Part shown: piece by piece, positions 17,636 to 29,078 of the stretch | How the letters are laid out: each line of letters opens with the position of its first letter | How positions within the stretch are numbered: the first letter of the stretch is position 1 | Origin: Flavobacterium sp. | GTDB lineage: Bacteria; Bacteroidota; Bacteroidia; Flavobacteriales; Flavobacteriaceae | NCBI RefSeq assembly: GCF_028712645.1 | Contig: NZ_JAQTPQ010000001.1 | Coordinates: forward strand, 1-47,369 | Direction: 5' to 3' | DNA length: 47,369 nucleotides | The notes under the pieces: model-generated | The model's input: only the letters and a program-made list of their open reading frames with translations | Told to the model about the DNA's origin: nothing | The model's database searches: none | Position numbers and translations under genes: made by a program

Positions 17636-19582
17636 TTATTGCACATTATATTTTATTCCTTTTGTTGTTAAGTCCCAATCATCGCTTCTGAATGGTGATG
17701 CGGGAAATTTTTCTTTATTGAAAAGGTTGATTTCACTGTCATCGTCTGCCCAACCATAATGAACGGCGATAGGATTTTGCACCATTTCGCTGGAAACTAT
17801 TACTTTATTATCTTTGATAATTGCCTTCGCAGGATAAAAAACTTTATCAGCTCCTGCAATTTCAAATCCTTTTACAGTTCCATCTTTGTCAGAAGTTGAT
17901 AATCCTGTTCCGATGTTGTCAAAGGTTAGAATTATTTGGTTTCCTTTTATTTCCAAGGATTTATAAGTTGGTCCGCTATAAATCATTTTTTTGCCATAAA
18001 CATTATTCAGGGCAATCGCAGCCAATCGTTTGCCTACATCTTGTTTGTTTGTTGGATGAATGTCTTTTGCGTTTCCAATATCCGTAGTTACCGCCATTCC
18101 TGTGTTTGGCAATTGCAAAGTTTGGGTTTGTGCTTCACGAAGTTCCGCCCATTTGCTGCCTTTGTTGCTATTGCCTCCAAACTCGTCAAAAGTGGATAAT
18201 TGCACAAAATAAAAAGGAAAATTACCTTGATTCCATTTGGTTCTCCAATCAGTTATCATCAATGGGAATGCTTTTTTGTATTCTTCCGCCCTGTGCACAT
18301 TGGCTTCGCCTTGGTACCATAAAACGCCTTGAAAAGCATACGGAATCAATGGATTGACCATCGCATTGTACAACAACGAAGGCAAACTATTGGGAGATAA
18401 AGAAGTTTTTGCCGCAATTACTTTATATTTCCATTTTCCTTCCAAAGGAACTATTTTGTTGCCAAGAGTCAGTTTCAAATCCGAAGATTCTCCGTATATT
18501 CCACCACCGCCACTGCTGTCAACAATTCTTACGGCAATAACATTTTTGCCTTCTTTCAATATATTTGCCGAAACGGCATAGACTCTTTTCGCACTCCAAA
18601 GGGTGTTGCTACCCACTTCAATTCCATTAACGTAAGTGATGTCTTCATCATCAATTTTTGACAAGCTTAAAGTCGCATTATTTTTAATGTCTTCTGCGGA
18701 AAGTGTTACTGTTTTTCGCATCCAAACCACGCCGTCCAAATCCGTCAATTGTTGGTTTTCCCATAATCCTGGTGCGTTAAGTTCACCCCAGCCCGCATCA
18801 TTAAATCCTGATTCTTTAAAACTGGTTTCGTTGGCTGTACTTACCTCACCACCTTGAATTTTACCGATTCTTTCTCTTATTGTTTTTGCGTACAATTTCG
18901 AAATAGAATCAAAACTCATCATAGGCACTTTGGCAATCATTCCCTTAAAATCCCCACTTTTCTCGAATGCTTCACGGCTTGTCCAAGTTTCCACACAAGT
19001 TCCTCCCCAAGACGTATTGATGATTCCGATTGGGATTTTTAATTCGGCATATAATTTTTTGGCAAAAAAGTAACCCACGGCAGTAAAATCACCCACCGTT
19101 TCTTTATTGCAAACTGTCCATTTCCCAGCTTTTAAATCCTCTTTTGGCGAACCGCTCATATCTTGGGCAACACCAAAATGACGAATCATTGGGTAATTGG
19201 AATCTTCGATTTCTGCTTTAGCATTCATCGTTTTATACATTTGAAATTCCATATTAGATTGACCACTGCAAATCCAGACTTCTCCTACCAAAACATCTTT
19301 TATGGTAATGGTGTTCTTTCCTTTAACAATCATTTCAAATGGACCTCCAGCTTTTTCAGCTTTCAAATTCACCATCCACTTTCCATTTTTATCAGCTTTG
19401 GTTTTTACAATTTGTTTATTGAAACGTATTTCAATTTTTTCATTGGCATCTGACCAACCCCAAACAGGAATTGATTGGTCACGTTGCAGAACCATACCAT
19501 CATTAAACAATAAAGGAAGCTTTACATTAGCATTAGAATAAATGCTAAAGCATAAAAAAAGGAATGCAAAATATTTTTTCAT
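17636..19582 (-). CDS. Sialate O-acetylesterase-like SGNH carbohydrate esterase with an inserted beta-sandwich
   Basis: SGQSNM, WGGT, WYQGE, DIHP catalytic motifs; signal peptide; central insertion (IDDEDITYVNG...GGGGIYG). Confidence 0.85.
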   Translation of the reverse strand: MKKYFAFLFLCFSIYSNANVKLPLLFNDGMVLQRDQSIPVWGWSDANEKIEIRFNKQIVKTKADKNGKWMVNLKAEKAGGPFEMIVKGKNTITIKDVLVGEVWICSGQSNMEFQMYKTMNAKAEIEDSNYPMIRHFGVAQDMSGSPKEDLKAGKWTVCNKETVGDFTAVGYFFAKKLYAELKIPIGIINTSWGGTCVETWTSREAFEKSGDFKGMIAKVPMMSFDSISKLYAKTIRERIGKIQGGEVSTANETSFKESGFNDAGWGELNAPGLWENQQLTDLDGVVWMRKTVTLSAEDIKNNATLSLSKIDDEDITYVNGIEVGSNTLWSAKRVYAVSANILKEGKNVIAVRIVDSSGGGGIYGESSDLKLTLGNKIVPLEGKWKYKVIAAKTSLSPNSLPSLLYNAMVNPLIPYAFQGVLWYQGEANVHRAEEYKKAFPLMITDWRTKWNQGNFPFYFVQLSTFDEFGGNSNKGSKWAELREAQTQTLQLPNTGMAVTTDIGNAKDIHPTNKQDVGKRLAAIALNNVYGKKMIYSGPTYKSLEIKGNQIILTFDNIGTGLSTSDKDGTVKGFEIAGADKVFYPAKAIIKDNKVIVSSEMVQNPIAVHYGWADDDSEINLFNKEKFPASPFRSDDWDLTTKGIKYNVQ

Positions 19583-19685
19583 TTTTATTAATTTATAATT
19601 AAAGAAACACCAAGTTTCCTTTTAAGATTTATTTAGTTTCAAACTGTTAGAACTTCAAAAAAAAGGTTTAAAAACGATTTGGTTT

Positions 19686-22094
19686 TTACCAATTTATTTC
19701 TAATTTCTTCCCTTTTTTCAAAGTAATTGCTTTTTTACTATTGCCAGAAACAAGTGTTGTTTTCCCTCCTTTTTTAGAAAAAACAGTCAATTTTTTTAAG
19801 GTTTTGGCATTCCATTCCATCGAAATTTCAAAGCCTCCTCTTGCACAAATTCCTTTTACAGATCCGTTATCCCAAGCATCTGGCAAAGCAGGCAATAACC
19901 TAATTTCATTTTCATTGGACTGAACCAACATTTCAGCAACGGCGGCAGCTCCGCCAAAATTTCCATCAATTTGAAAAGGGGGATGTGCATCGAATAAATT
20001 AGGATATGTCCCTCCTCCTCTTCTTGGCGTCTCCGTTTTTTTACCATCAGGATCAACATATTTAAGCAACTCTCTGTACATTTTGTAGGCACGATTTCCG
20101 TCCCAAAGTCTTGCCCAAAGATTAATACGCCATCCTTTTGACCATCCAGTTGTTTCATCTCCTTTTATTTCTAAAGTCTTTTTACAAGCTTGAGCCAAGT
20201 CTGGTGTTTTTTCTGGCGTGATTTGTTCTCCCGGAAAAAGTCCGAACAAATGCGATTGATGACGGTGTTTTGGATCTTCATCATTCCAATCAAAATACCA
20301 TTCTTGCAAATTTCCTTTTTTCCCAATTTGATATGGATACAGTTTAGACATTGCAATTTCGAGTTTTAATCTGAATTCAGCATCAATATTTAAAACTTTT
20401 GAAGCTTTGATTGTTTTATCAAAACATTCTCTAATCATTGCCAAATCAGCCGTTCCTCCATACATTGTGGCTCCTACAAAACCATCAGGTGTACTATATT
20501 TATTCTCTGGAGAAGTTGATGGAGATGTAATTAGATAGCTGTTTTTATCTGTTATCATCCATCCTAAAAAGAACTCAGAAGCTCCTTTCATAATAGGATA
20601 ACCTTCCTTTTTTAAATAATTTTTATCTTGAGTAAAAACATAATGTTGCCAAATATGTGTACTTAACCACGCGCCAGCAGTATTCCAACAAGCCCACATC
20701 GGTTCTTCTTTTCCAAAAACACCAACAGGATTACTCATTGCCCAAATATCTGAGTTATGTGATGCAGACCATCCTTTATTTACTCCGTAAAAAGTCTTAG
20801 CAGAAATCTTTCCTGTAACCGAAAGATTTTTAATGAAACTCAAAAGTGGCTTATGCATTTCAGAAAGATTGGTATTTTCGGCAAGCCAATAATTCTCTTC
20901 CAAATTGATGTTCATTGTGTAATTACTTCTCCAAGGCGCATGGAGATAAGGATTCCACAAGCCTTGTAAATTAGCTGGAACTCCCAATGTTCGAGAACTG
21001 CTAATCAATAAATACCGTCCAAAATTAAAATACAGAATTTCAAGATTTTTATCTTCTTTTCCATCTGCATAACGCAACAAACGTTCGTCCGTTGGCAAGT
21101 TCGGAGCTTCCGTTTTTCCTAAATTCAAGGCAACTCGATTATAGAATTTTTGGTAATCGCTAATATGAGATTGTTTTAATTTGTCAAATGATTTTGCAAA
21201 AGCTTTATTCAAATTTTTCAAAGCAATTGCTTTATCATTTAAACCTTGTGTGGCAGGATTTTTATCGAAACCATTGAAACTGGTTGCAATCGACACATAA
21301 ATTAAGGCTTCGGTGCCATTTTTCAAACCTAAACTAGTATCGGAACTTACAATTGTTCCATCCGTGTTTTTAATTTTCATCAAAGTAGTAAATCGGGTTC
21401 CTCTTTCTTTTTCCAAAAGAAAAGACGGCACCGTTTGATAACCAGGATGATCATAAATTGGTGCAACACCATTCATTGCAAGCTGATTGTCCTTTACTTC
21501 CGTTTTGTATTTTAATAAACTGCTGGAATTAATATCAAAATTTAATGCTCCTTTTTGACTACTTGTCAATTTGATTACCATAATTTGATCTGGTGCTGAA
21601 ACAAAGTATTCACGGGTAAATTTCACACCATCTACTTCATAAGTCACTTTGGAAACAGCATTAGAAATGTCTAATTCTCTATGATAATTGGAAACTTTCC
21701 CAGAATTATGGTTATTAATTTCCATCGTTCCCAGTGGCTGATACGCCTCTGAATTTTTTCCTTGAATTTTTTTATTCAGTTCTTCTGCCAGTTTGTAATT
21801 TTCATTTTTTAATGCTTCGCGAATAGCAGGCAAATTTTTGTATGCTTCAGGATTCATATTAGCATTTACAGGTTCTCCCGACCAAAGTGTGATGTCGTTT
21901 AAATAAATTTTGTCCGAATCTACACCTCCAAAAACGGTTGCACCCATTTTTCCATTGCCTAAAACCAAGCATTCCTCAAAAAAATCGGCAGGTTGTTTGA
22001 ACCAAAGAATATGGTCGGATTGAGCAGAAGCTATTCCACAAAAAGAGAAAAAAATAGAAACTAAAAATAGTCTACTGAAATTGTTTGATTGCAT
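19686..22094 (-). CDS. GH95 alpha-L-fucosidase
   Basis: [55 protein letters not shown]. Start at 22094 (22127 is an alternative). Confidence 0.93.
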   Translation of the reverse strand: MQSNNFSRLFLVSIFFSFCGIASAQSDHILWFKQPADFFEECLVLGNGKMGATVFGGVDSDKIYLNDITLWSGEPVNANMNPEAYKNLPAIREALKNENYKLAEELNKKIQGKNSEAYQPLGTMEINNHNSGKVSNYHRELDISNAVSKVTYEVDGVKFTREYFVSAPDQIMVIKLTSSQKGALNFDINSSSLLKYKTEVKDNQLAMNGVAPIYDHPGYQTVPSFLLEKERGTRFTTLMKIKNTDGTIVSSDTSLGLKNGTEALIYVSIATSFNGFDKNPATQGLNDKAIALKNLNKAFAKSFDKLKQSHISDYQKFYNRVALNLGKTEAPNLPTDERLLRYADGKEDKNLEILYFNFGRYLLISSSRTLGVPANLQGLWNPYLHAPWRSNYTMNINLEENYWLAENTNLSEMHKPLLSFIKNLSVTGKISAKTFYGVNKGWSASHNSDIWAMSNPVGVFGKEEPMWACWNTAGAWLSTHIWQHYVFTQDKNYLKKEGYPIMKGASEFFLGWMITDKNSYLITSPSTSPENKYSTPDGFVGATMYGGTADLAMIRECFDKTIKASKVLNIDAEFRLKLEIAMSKLYPYQIGKKGNLQEWYFDWNDEDPKHRHQSHLFGLFPGEQITPEKTPDLAQACKKTLEIKGDETTGWSKGWRINLWARLWDGNRAYKMYRELLKYVDPDGKKTETPRRGGGTYPNLFDAHPPFQIDGNFGGAAAVAEMLVQSNENEIRLLPALPDAWDNGSVKGICARGGFEISMEWNAKTLKKLTVFSKKGGKTTLVSGNSKKAITLKKGKKLEINW

Positions 22095-22138
22095 AATTAT
22101 TGATGCTGTTTTTTTATTATTTATCATCTTATAATTAT

Positions 22139-22170
22139 AAATTGACTCCAGCAAAAACTGGAGTCAATTT
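22139..22170. other. Intercistronic hairpin between GH3 and GH95
   Basis: AAATTGACTCCAG-caaaaa-CTGGAGTCAATTT, perfect 13-bp stem. Confidence 0.8.
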
Positions 22171-22196
22171 TAATTAAAACCTTAATTACTAAATTC

Positions 22197-24440
22197 TTAC
22201 TTAATGCTAATTTGAATTTCTTTTTTAATATCACGAGAAGAACTTCCTAATCTCAAAGTATAATTTCCTAATTCTACTGTCCATTTTTTAGCATCAACAT
22301 TGTAATAAGCCAATTCTTTTACTGGAACTTGAATCGTAATAGTTTGTGAATTTCCGGCTTTTACCAATACTTTTTCAAAGCCTTTCAACTCTTGGGCGGC
22401 ACGGGTAATTTTCGAATCGGATTTGGAAGAATACAATTGTACCACTTCTTTACCATCTACTTTTCCAGTGTTTTTCAATTCTACAGAAACTGAGATTGTC
22501 TCATCAGTTGCATATTCTTTTTTATCAGATTTAGCATTTTCGAAAGCAAAAGTAGTATAAGACAATCCATATCCAAAAGGATAAAGAGGCTCTATTTTCT
22601 TCGTGTCAAACCAACGGTATCCTACCAAAATTCCTTCTGAGTAAGTAACCGTTTTATCACCAGGGAAACTGTTAGTAGCGTGTGCAGGCGAATCCATAAT
22701 ATTTTTAGGCATTGTCCAAGGCAATTTTCCTGAAGGGTTTACTTTTCCTAATAACACGTCGGCTAAGGCATTTCCACCTTCGGAACCATTGAACCAACTC
22801 CAAACTAAAGTGGATGTTTTATTTTTTATTGCTTCAATATCAAAAGGAGCGCCTGCAATCATAACAACAATTGTGTTAGGGTTTGCTTCTCTAACTTTAT
22901 TAATTAATTCTTCTTGTCCAAATGGTAATTTTAAATTTCTACGATCCGAAGCTTCTGTTTCATAATCACGGTTAGAACCTGCAAAAACAATAGCAATATC
23001 AGATTTTTTAGCAGTTTCAATAGCTTCTTGCAATTTAGCTGGATCTAATTGATCGATGGTTACTGGACCACTCAAGGTAATGTCGCCTAATTTTCCTGAC
23101 TTTTTTTCTTCATAACGCTCCAAATACCCTTCTGCATAATTAATTTTGATAGCACTTGGCAATCTGTTTTGCAAACCTTCCAAAGGCGTAATTTCTCTTT
23201 TAGTTTTTACACCTGCACCAAATCCACCCAAAGCATTTTTCTTAGTGGCATTGTTCCCAATTACGGCAATTGATTTTATTCCATTTAACTGCAAAGGCAG
23301 TACATTTTTATCATTTTTCAATAAAACAATGTTTTCTGTCGCAATTTTGTAAGCATCTTGATAATGGGCTTCGGTAGCAATACTTCCTTTAACACGGTCT
23401 TGACTTCCCATTGCTTTTACTTGGAATAAAACTCTTAAAATACGTTTTACGTGTTTGTTAATTTCGTCTTCTGAAATTTCACCTTTTTTTACAGCTGCAA
23501 TTAATTTATCAGCTAATAAAAATTCGTTAAACTTTGTCGTTGGAGTTCCCATTTCGATATCCAAACCATTTTTTAAAGTTTTCACAGTAGAATGCACCGC
23601 AGCCCAATCAGAAACAACAACACCTTTAAAGCCCCATTCGTCACGCAAAATTTTATTGAGCATATAGTCATTTTCACATAAATATTCGCCTCTAAATTTA
23701 TTATAAGCTCCCATTATAGCATAAGCATTGGCTTCAGTTACCGCAGCTTTGAACCCTGGTAAATAAATTTCGCGAAGTGTACGTTCATCCATTTGAACAT
23801 CATAAATATCACGATTGGTTTCTTGATTATTAGCTGCAAAATGTTTTACACAAGCCATCACATCATTATCTTGTAGTCCAATAACCAACGGCACTGCTAT
23901 TTTTTTATTCAAAAAAGGATCTTCGGTCATATATTCATAAGTCCTTCCTCCTAGTGGAGTTCTTACAATATTGATTGCAGGAGACAATAACATATCTTTT
24001 CCTCTCGCTCTCAATTCTTGCCCAACGCTGTTTCCAAAAGTATATGCCATATCGGTATTCCAAGTGGCTGCCAAAGCCCCACTGGCAGGATAGTAGGTCG
24101 CAAAATCATTTGTCCATCCAGCCGCAGCCCAAGAATCACGAGAAATTTCTTCGCGAACGCCTAAAGGACCATCTGCCATTTTTAATTCTGGAATCCCCAA
24201 TCGTTCTACACCACCATTAGCAAACATACTATTACCATGCAACATACCGATTTTTTCATCAAGTGTCATTTGAGAAATTAAAGAATTTATCTTTTCTTCA
24301 TATTTTGAAGGGTCAAATTCTTTGACTTGGTGAACCGTTTCCGTTATTGGTTTTTTATCTGTATTTTGGAATCCATTTTTACACGAAACAGTCAATACCG
24401 TTACTAATGCAATTGATAAAATGATATATTTATTTTTCAT
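22197..24440 (-). CDS. GH3 beta-glucosidase, lipoprotein
   Basis: Lipobox LTVSC, ADGPLG, CVKHF, nucleophile VSDW, PFGYGLSYT, FnIII-like C-terminus. Confidence 0.92.
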   Translation of the reverse strand: MKNKYIILSIALVTVLTVSCKNGFQNTDKKPITETVHQVKEFDPSKYEEKINSLISQMTLDEKIGMLHGNSMFANGGVERLGIPELKMADGPLGVREEISRDSWAAAGWTNDFATYYPASGALAATWNTDMAYTFGNSVGQELRARGKDMLLSPAINIVRTPLGGRTYEYMTEDPFLNKKIAVPLVIGLQDNDVMACVKHFAANNQETNRDIYDVQMDERTLREIYLPGFKAAVTEANAYAIMGAYNKFRGEYLCENDYMLNKILRDEWGFKGVVVSDWAAVHSTVKTLKNGLDIEMGTPTTKFNEFLLADKLIAAVKKGEISEDEINKHVKRILRVLFQVKAMGSQDRVKGSIATEAHYQDAYKIATENIVLLKNDKNVLPLQLNGIKSIAVIGNNATKKNALGGFGAGVKTKREITPLEGLQNRLPSAIKINYAEGYLERYEEKKSGKLGDITLSGPVTIDQLDPAKLQEAIETAKKSDIAIVFAGSNRDYETEASDRRNLKLPFGQEELINKVREANPNTIVVMIAGAPFDIEAIKNKTSTLVWSWFNGSEGGNALADVLLGKVNPSGKLPWTMPKNIMDSPAHATNSFPGDKTVTYSEGILVGYRWFDTKKIEPLYPFGYGLSYTTFAFENAKSDKKEYATDETISVSVELKNTGKVDGKEVVQLYSSKSDSKITRAAQELKGFEKVLVKAGNSQTITIQVPVKELAYYNVDAKKWTVELGNYTLRLGSSSRDIKKEIQISIK

Positions 24441-24471
24441 CTAGGTTATTTTTTACTTTATGATTTTGTGA

Positions 24472-27339
24472 TTATTTTAATGTAATAGTTTGTATGTGTC
24501 CGTCATAATTGACTACCTGACCTTGAGCATCATATACAAATGCTTTAGGGTTTTCTTTACTCACAGGAACAATAACAAATTTACGGTTTTTTAACATTCC
24601 ATTAAATTCTCCTTTTCGCTCGCCAATAGTTAAAACACCATTTGTTTCATTATAACTGAATGGAATACTAGAATGGAATCCTTTTTCATAATTATAATTT
24701 ACACCTTCATCTTCATATAAATCAAATTTACCGTTTTTACCTTTATATACATAAAGAACAATTGTATCTGCTGGTTTTTCATCCGTATATTGTATTTCTG
24801 GTCCTACAGGAACAATAGCACCTTCGGGAATAAATAATGGAATGCGACCATAAGGTGCGTCAACGGATAAAGTTTGTCCCCCTTTTATGTAATTGGCCGT
24901 ATTAAAATCATACCAATTAGTTCCTGCCGGAAAGTAAACATCTCTTTTGCGAACGCCATAATTATAAACTGGACAAACCATAAAATCAGGACCAAACATA
25001 AATTGATCATTAGTGTTCACAACCTTTTTATCGCTAGAAAAATCCATTACCAAAGGACGCATAATGGTATAATCGTCAAAATGGGTCATCCCGGCCATGG
25101 TGTAGATATAAGGCATTAATCTATAACGCAAATTATCATAAAACAAAATGGACTCGTAAGCTGGATGTCCTTTAGGAGCTATATTCCACGGCTCACGATA
25201 AGGAAATTGTCCGTGTGATCTGTATAATGGTGCGAAAACACCAAATTGATGCCAACGTGTATTTAATTCTCTCCATTCTTTATTGTCGGCATTTTCTGTT
25301 CCATTTTTGTCAAATTCCGTTTGAGCATCTACATAACGATCTTCAACACAGAATCCACCAATGTCCATAGTCCAATATGGAATACCACTAATAGCAAAGT
25401 TTAAACCTGCTGAAATTTGGGCTTTCAAATCTTCCCAACGTGTTGCGATATCACCACTCCATGTTGCTGTTGAATAACGCTGTAATCCCGCAAAACCTGA
25501 TCTAGTTAATAAAAACACGCGTTTATTTGGTTCCACACTACGTTGCCCATCATAAATGGCTTCGGCATTCATCAAAGCATAAGTATTGAAATATTCTGTA
25601 GAAGAGCCTAAAGCTGTTGGCCCTTGCAATTCTTTACGATAATCCATATCTGTACAATCCAGCACATTTGGTTCACTGGCATCCATCCACCAAGCATCAA
25701 CTCCTGTTGGGTATAAATTATCATAAATTTGTTTCCAAAATAATTTTCTTGCTCCACCTGAATAAGCATCATAGAAAGAACCTACATAACCAGGACCAAC
25801 CCAGTCACGAATATTATCTTTTATGGCTTGTTGATACATCCATCCTTTTCGGTCAAATTCTTTAAAATGCTCTGTTGTTTTATAAAACTTAGGCCATACC
25901 GAAATCATCATTTTACCATTCATCGCGTGGATAGAATCGACCATTCTTTTTGGATCAGGAAAACGTTTCGGATCAAATTGATGACTTCCCCATGCATCTT
26001 CTTCCCAATAATTCCAATCCATTACAATATTATCTATAGGAATCTTACGATCTCTAAATTCTTTCAAATTGCCCAGAATCTCGGCTTCGGTTTTATATCG
26101 TTCCCGACTTTGCCAATACCCCATTGCCCATTTTGGCATAATTTGAGCTTTTCCAGTTAAAGTACGATATCCTTTAACTACCTCATCCATAGAATTTCCA
26201 TGAACAAAATAATAGTCTAATTTTTTATTCATTTCACTCCACCATACTTGATTGCTTTTTTCTTCAACTAATTGAGGTGTTCTTACTCTTAATCCGCAGT
26301 AGGAAGTTCCACCGTTTGGTTTCCATTCTATTCGTAAAGGAACTCGTTTACCAGCTTCTAAATTCATTGAAAACTTGTAGCTATTTGGATTCCAAGCTGT
26401 TCTCCAACGCTCTGGAACTACTAATTGATTGTTCAAATACACTTTAACATAACCTGAATAATATAAAGTAAATTTATATTCTCCGTTTTGCGGTGCTTCA
26501 ATATCGCCTTCATAAGTTACGTTAGCATTTTTTAAAGGAAAATTTGCTGGCAAGTTTTTAAAACTTTTAACATCTTCAAAGAAAATAGAGGCTTCTTTAC
26601 GAACTATTTCTATTTTTCCATTATCTGGCGTAACATAAGTACCCGTTAAATTATTAGGTTCACCATTTTTATCGTATAATTTAAAAACGGTATTTAATTG
26701 TTCAAAAGGGCGACTGTCTCCAAAACGGCTTAATGAATAACTATCCCACAAAAGACCATAATTTTTATTGGAAACAATAAATGGTATAGAAACTTTAGTG
26801 TTGTATTGATATAATTCTTCGCTTTTATCTTTGTAATTAAACTCATCTGATTGATGTTGTCCTAAACCATAAAAAGCTTCCTCTTTTGGCGAATAAAAAA
26901 TTTGACGAACTGAATACCCCTTAGTTCCTTCAACTTCTACTGGACTAAATGTTTTACCTCCACCAGCACTTTCTGCCAAAATAATTTTGCCGTTTTTATC
27001 TTTAAACTTAACACCTCCATCTTTTGATGAAACCATAACATTTAAAGTTTCGGTAGCTAATTTGATCGAATCTTTTACCATGGCAACATTAAACGGAACA
27101 GTCCCAATATTAGGCACAATAATTAAACTAGAATCTTTTGGAAATACATTATCTGGTGTCGCAGACACATGTATTAAGTCATTCCCTAAAACTTGCAAAC
27201 GTAATTTGCTTGATGCTGCTTCTTTAGGATGACTTATGTTTACAATTATACCATCATTCGTTTTTTCATACTGTTTAGTAGCACATGATGCTAATACTAA
27301 TCCAGTAATTAGGCTTAAGTATATTTTATTTTTTTTCAT
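24472..27339 (-). CDS. GH31 alpha-xylosidase with PA14 insertion, lipoprotein
   Basis: Lipobox LASC, YGLGQ, PA14-like insert (ERWRTAWNP), nucleophile WWMDASEP, acid/base WSGD, RSHG. Start moved to MKKNKIY. Confidence 0.9.
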   Translation of the reverse strand: MKKNKIYLSLITGLVLASCATKQYEKTNDGIIVNISHPKEAASSKLRLQVLGNDLIHVSATPDNVFPKDSSLIIVPNIGTVPFNVAMVKDSIKLATETLNVMVSSKDGGVKFKDKNGKIILAESAGGGKTFSPVEVEGTKGYSVRQIFYSPKEEAFYGLGQHQSDEFNYKDKSEELYQYNTKVSIPFIVSNKNYGLLWDSYSLSRFGDSRPFEQLNTVFKLYDKNGEPNNLTGTYVTPDNGKIEIVRKEASIFFEDVKSFKNLPANFPLKNANVTYEGDIEAPQNGEYKFTLYYSGYVKVYLNNQLVVPERWRTAWNPNSYKFSMNLEAGKRVPLRIEWKPNGGTSYCGLRVRTPQLVEEKSNQVWWSEMNKKLDYYFVHGNSMDEVVKGYRTLTGKAQIMPKWAMGYWQSRERYKTEAEILGNLKEFRDRKIPIDNIVMDWNYWEEDAWGSHQFDPKRFPDPKRMVDSIHAMNGKMMISVWPKFYKTTEHFKEFDRKGWMYQQAIKDNIRDWVGPGYVGSFYDAYSGGARKLFWKQIYDNLYPTGVDAWWMDASEPNVLDCTDMDYRKELQGPTALGSSTEYFNTYALMNAEAIYDGQRSVEPNKRVFLLTRSGFAGLQRYSTATWSGDIATRWEDLKAQISAGLNFAISGIPYWTMDIGGFCVEDRYVDAQTEFDKNGTENADNKEWRELNTRWHQFGVFAPLYRSHGQFPYREPWNIAPKGHPAYESILFYDNLRYRLMPYIYTMAGMTHFDDYTIMRPLVMDFSSDKKVVNTNDQFMFGPDFMVCPVYNYGVRKRDVYFPAGTNWYDFNTANYIKGGQTLSVDAPYGRIPLFIPEGAIVPVGPEIQYTDEKPADTIVLYVYKGKNGKFDLYEDEGVNYNYEKGFHSSIPFSYNETNGVLTIGERKGEFNGMLKNRKFVIVPVSKENPKAFVYDAQGQVVNYDGHIQTITLK

Positions 27340-27482
27340 ATAAGTTGGTAAAAAATGTTTTAACAGATTGCTCAATAACGCAACCTTTTTTATCTAAAAT
27401 AATTCGCTACAGTAATCCAAAATCACTTTGTAACGTTTTTTAATAGCAATGTATATTATTTACTATTGTTGGTTAACACTAA

Positions 27483-29075
27483 TTATATTTTAACAAGGTT
27501 TAACAAAAAAACATCATTTTCATTAATGTCAAAATCCTTGTTATAGCTTCCATCTGAACCAATTGTTATTATTGCTGTGGCAATTGGATTACCGTTGTTT
27601 TTTTCTTTAAGCGCATTTACTTGTTGTTTTGTTAACTGGCTTGGTTTTCCCATCGCTAAATAATCTGTATAGGCATCATTAACTTTGTAACCTACTTTGT
27701 ATATCTCTAAATGATAGTTCCCTTTTTCAAGTCCTGTCAATTGAATTTTTACACTTCCTTTAGATTTTGATGGTAAATCTTTTATATAATATTGCTGATT
27801 ATTTGTACGATCAGGCAATGTATAAGTAAAATCCCAAAACAAAACCTGCATATTTCCATTTGCGCTTTTGGTAGCCCAAGAAGAAGTGTCCGTATCTTGA
27901 AGTTCTGTTGTTCCCAATTTATTCAAAAAATCATACGAAAAATATGCTGCTTTTTTTATGCCTTGAGTATTCATCAATCCGAATCCTCCATGAAAAGGTG
28001 TAAATCTTGGTCCAGGTTCTTCAAAAACATCGGTAAAAACCCAATATGACATAGAGTTGGCAGCGTTCCCTACTTGTTTTAATTTTTGAAGAATATAAGC
28101 TGCCGAATGATAACTATCGTGAAAAGGATCAGCCGGAGTGTAAGACGAACTCCATTCGGTGTAATGCAATTCTAAGTTTGGTTTGTCTGAAGCTGAAATT
28201 TGTTTACGAGAATTAATTACATCTCCACTTACACTTGATGATTCTTTACTCAAAACAGTTCCAGAACCTCCAAATTCGTCTAAAAATCCTTGCCCAACTC
28301 CATAAGAATGTGTAGAAATAAAATCTATTGGCACATTATTTTTGCTACAAAAATCGATAGTTTCAGGAACCCAAGCTGCTCCAGCTGTAGCAGGCCCACC
28401 AACTTTGTAAGCTGAATTTACACTTTTTACAGCTCTAGCAGTGTACTCATATAATTTGAAATAGTCCGCCTGTGTACCAGTCCAAAATCCTGGAGACAAG
28501 TTAGGCTCATTCCAAACTTCGAAATACCAAGTTTTTACTTCTTCTTCACCATAACGTTCGGTAAAATGCTGAGTTAGATTTCGAATTAAATCTTCCCATT
28601 TTTTGTAATCTTTAGGAGGAGTTACATTTCCTCTCCACCAAAAAATAGTTTGGCTACCACTTGCTAATCTTGAAGGCATAAAACCCAATTCCACAAATGG
28701 TTTTACATTGATGCTAAGCAAAAAATCGTATAAAGCATCAACATATTGATAACTGTATTGCGGATTTCCTTTATTATCTTCTGTGTAAACTGCCATATCA
28801 TCAGTTAATAAACCATGCATTCTAATGTATTTGAAATCACAGTCTTTTTTTGCTAAAGTCAATTGTTGTTGCCAATCGGCACGCAATCCTTCATTAGCTC
28901 TTCCCGCCCCAACGCATTCTTTGAACATCGTATTCAATTCACCTGCCGATTTATTATAATCGACTTTTATAATTCGATTGGTAGATGCTGATTTTTTAGC
29001 ACTCGAATTTTGTGCAAAAGTTTTAGCATTGGCTAAACCTAAAAGAATTGTAAGTACTACTACTATTTGTTTCAT
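27483..29075 (-). CDS. GH39 beta-xylosidase-like glycoside hydrolase
   Basis: YIRMHGL, PFVELGFMP, acid/base EVWNEP, nucleophile HYTEW, FHGGFGL; signal peptide. Confidence 0.9.
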   Translation of the reverse strand: MKQIVVVLTILLGLANAKTFAQNSSAKKSASTNRIIKVDYNKSAGELNTMFKECVGAGRANEGLRADWQQQLTLAKKDCDFKYIRMHGLLTDDMAVYTEDNKGNPQYSYQYVDALYDFLLSINVKPFVELGFMPSRLASGSQTIFWWRGNVTPPKDYKKWEDLIRNLTQHFTERYGEEEVKTWYFEVWNEPNLSPGFWTGTQADYFKLYEYTARAVKSVNSAYKVGGPATAGAAWVPETIDFCSKNNVPIDFISTHSYGVGQGFLDEFGGSGTVLSKESSSVSGDVINSRKQISASDKPNLELHYTEWSSSYTPADPFHDSYHSAAYILQKLKQVGNAANSMSYWVFTDVFEEPGPRFTPFHGGFGLMNTQGIKKAAYFSYDFLNKLGTTELQDTDTSSWATKSANGNMQVLFWDFTYTLPDRTNNQQYYIKDLPSKSKGSVKIQLTGLEKGNYHLEIYKVGYKVNDAYTDYLAMGKPSQLTKQQVNALKEKNNGNPIATAIITIGSDGSYNKDFDINENDVFLLNLVKI

Positions 29076-29078
29076 AAT

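Noticed and set aside
17566..17646. N-terminal poly-Asn extension of GH42, and similar extensions on accA, GH95, GH31, xylB and the T9SS protein
   Set aside because: These come from longest-ORF calling. Downstream ATGs give proper signal peptides or conserved N-termini.
19600..19685. Degenerate pieces resembling the 31143-31175 palindrome
   Set aside because: Similarity is too short and fragmentary to support a repeat call.
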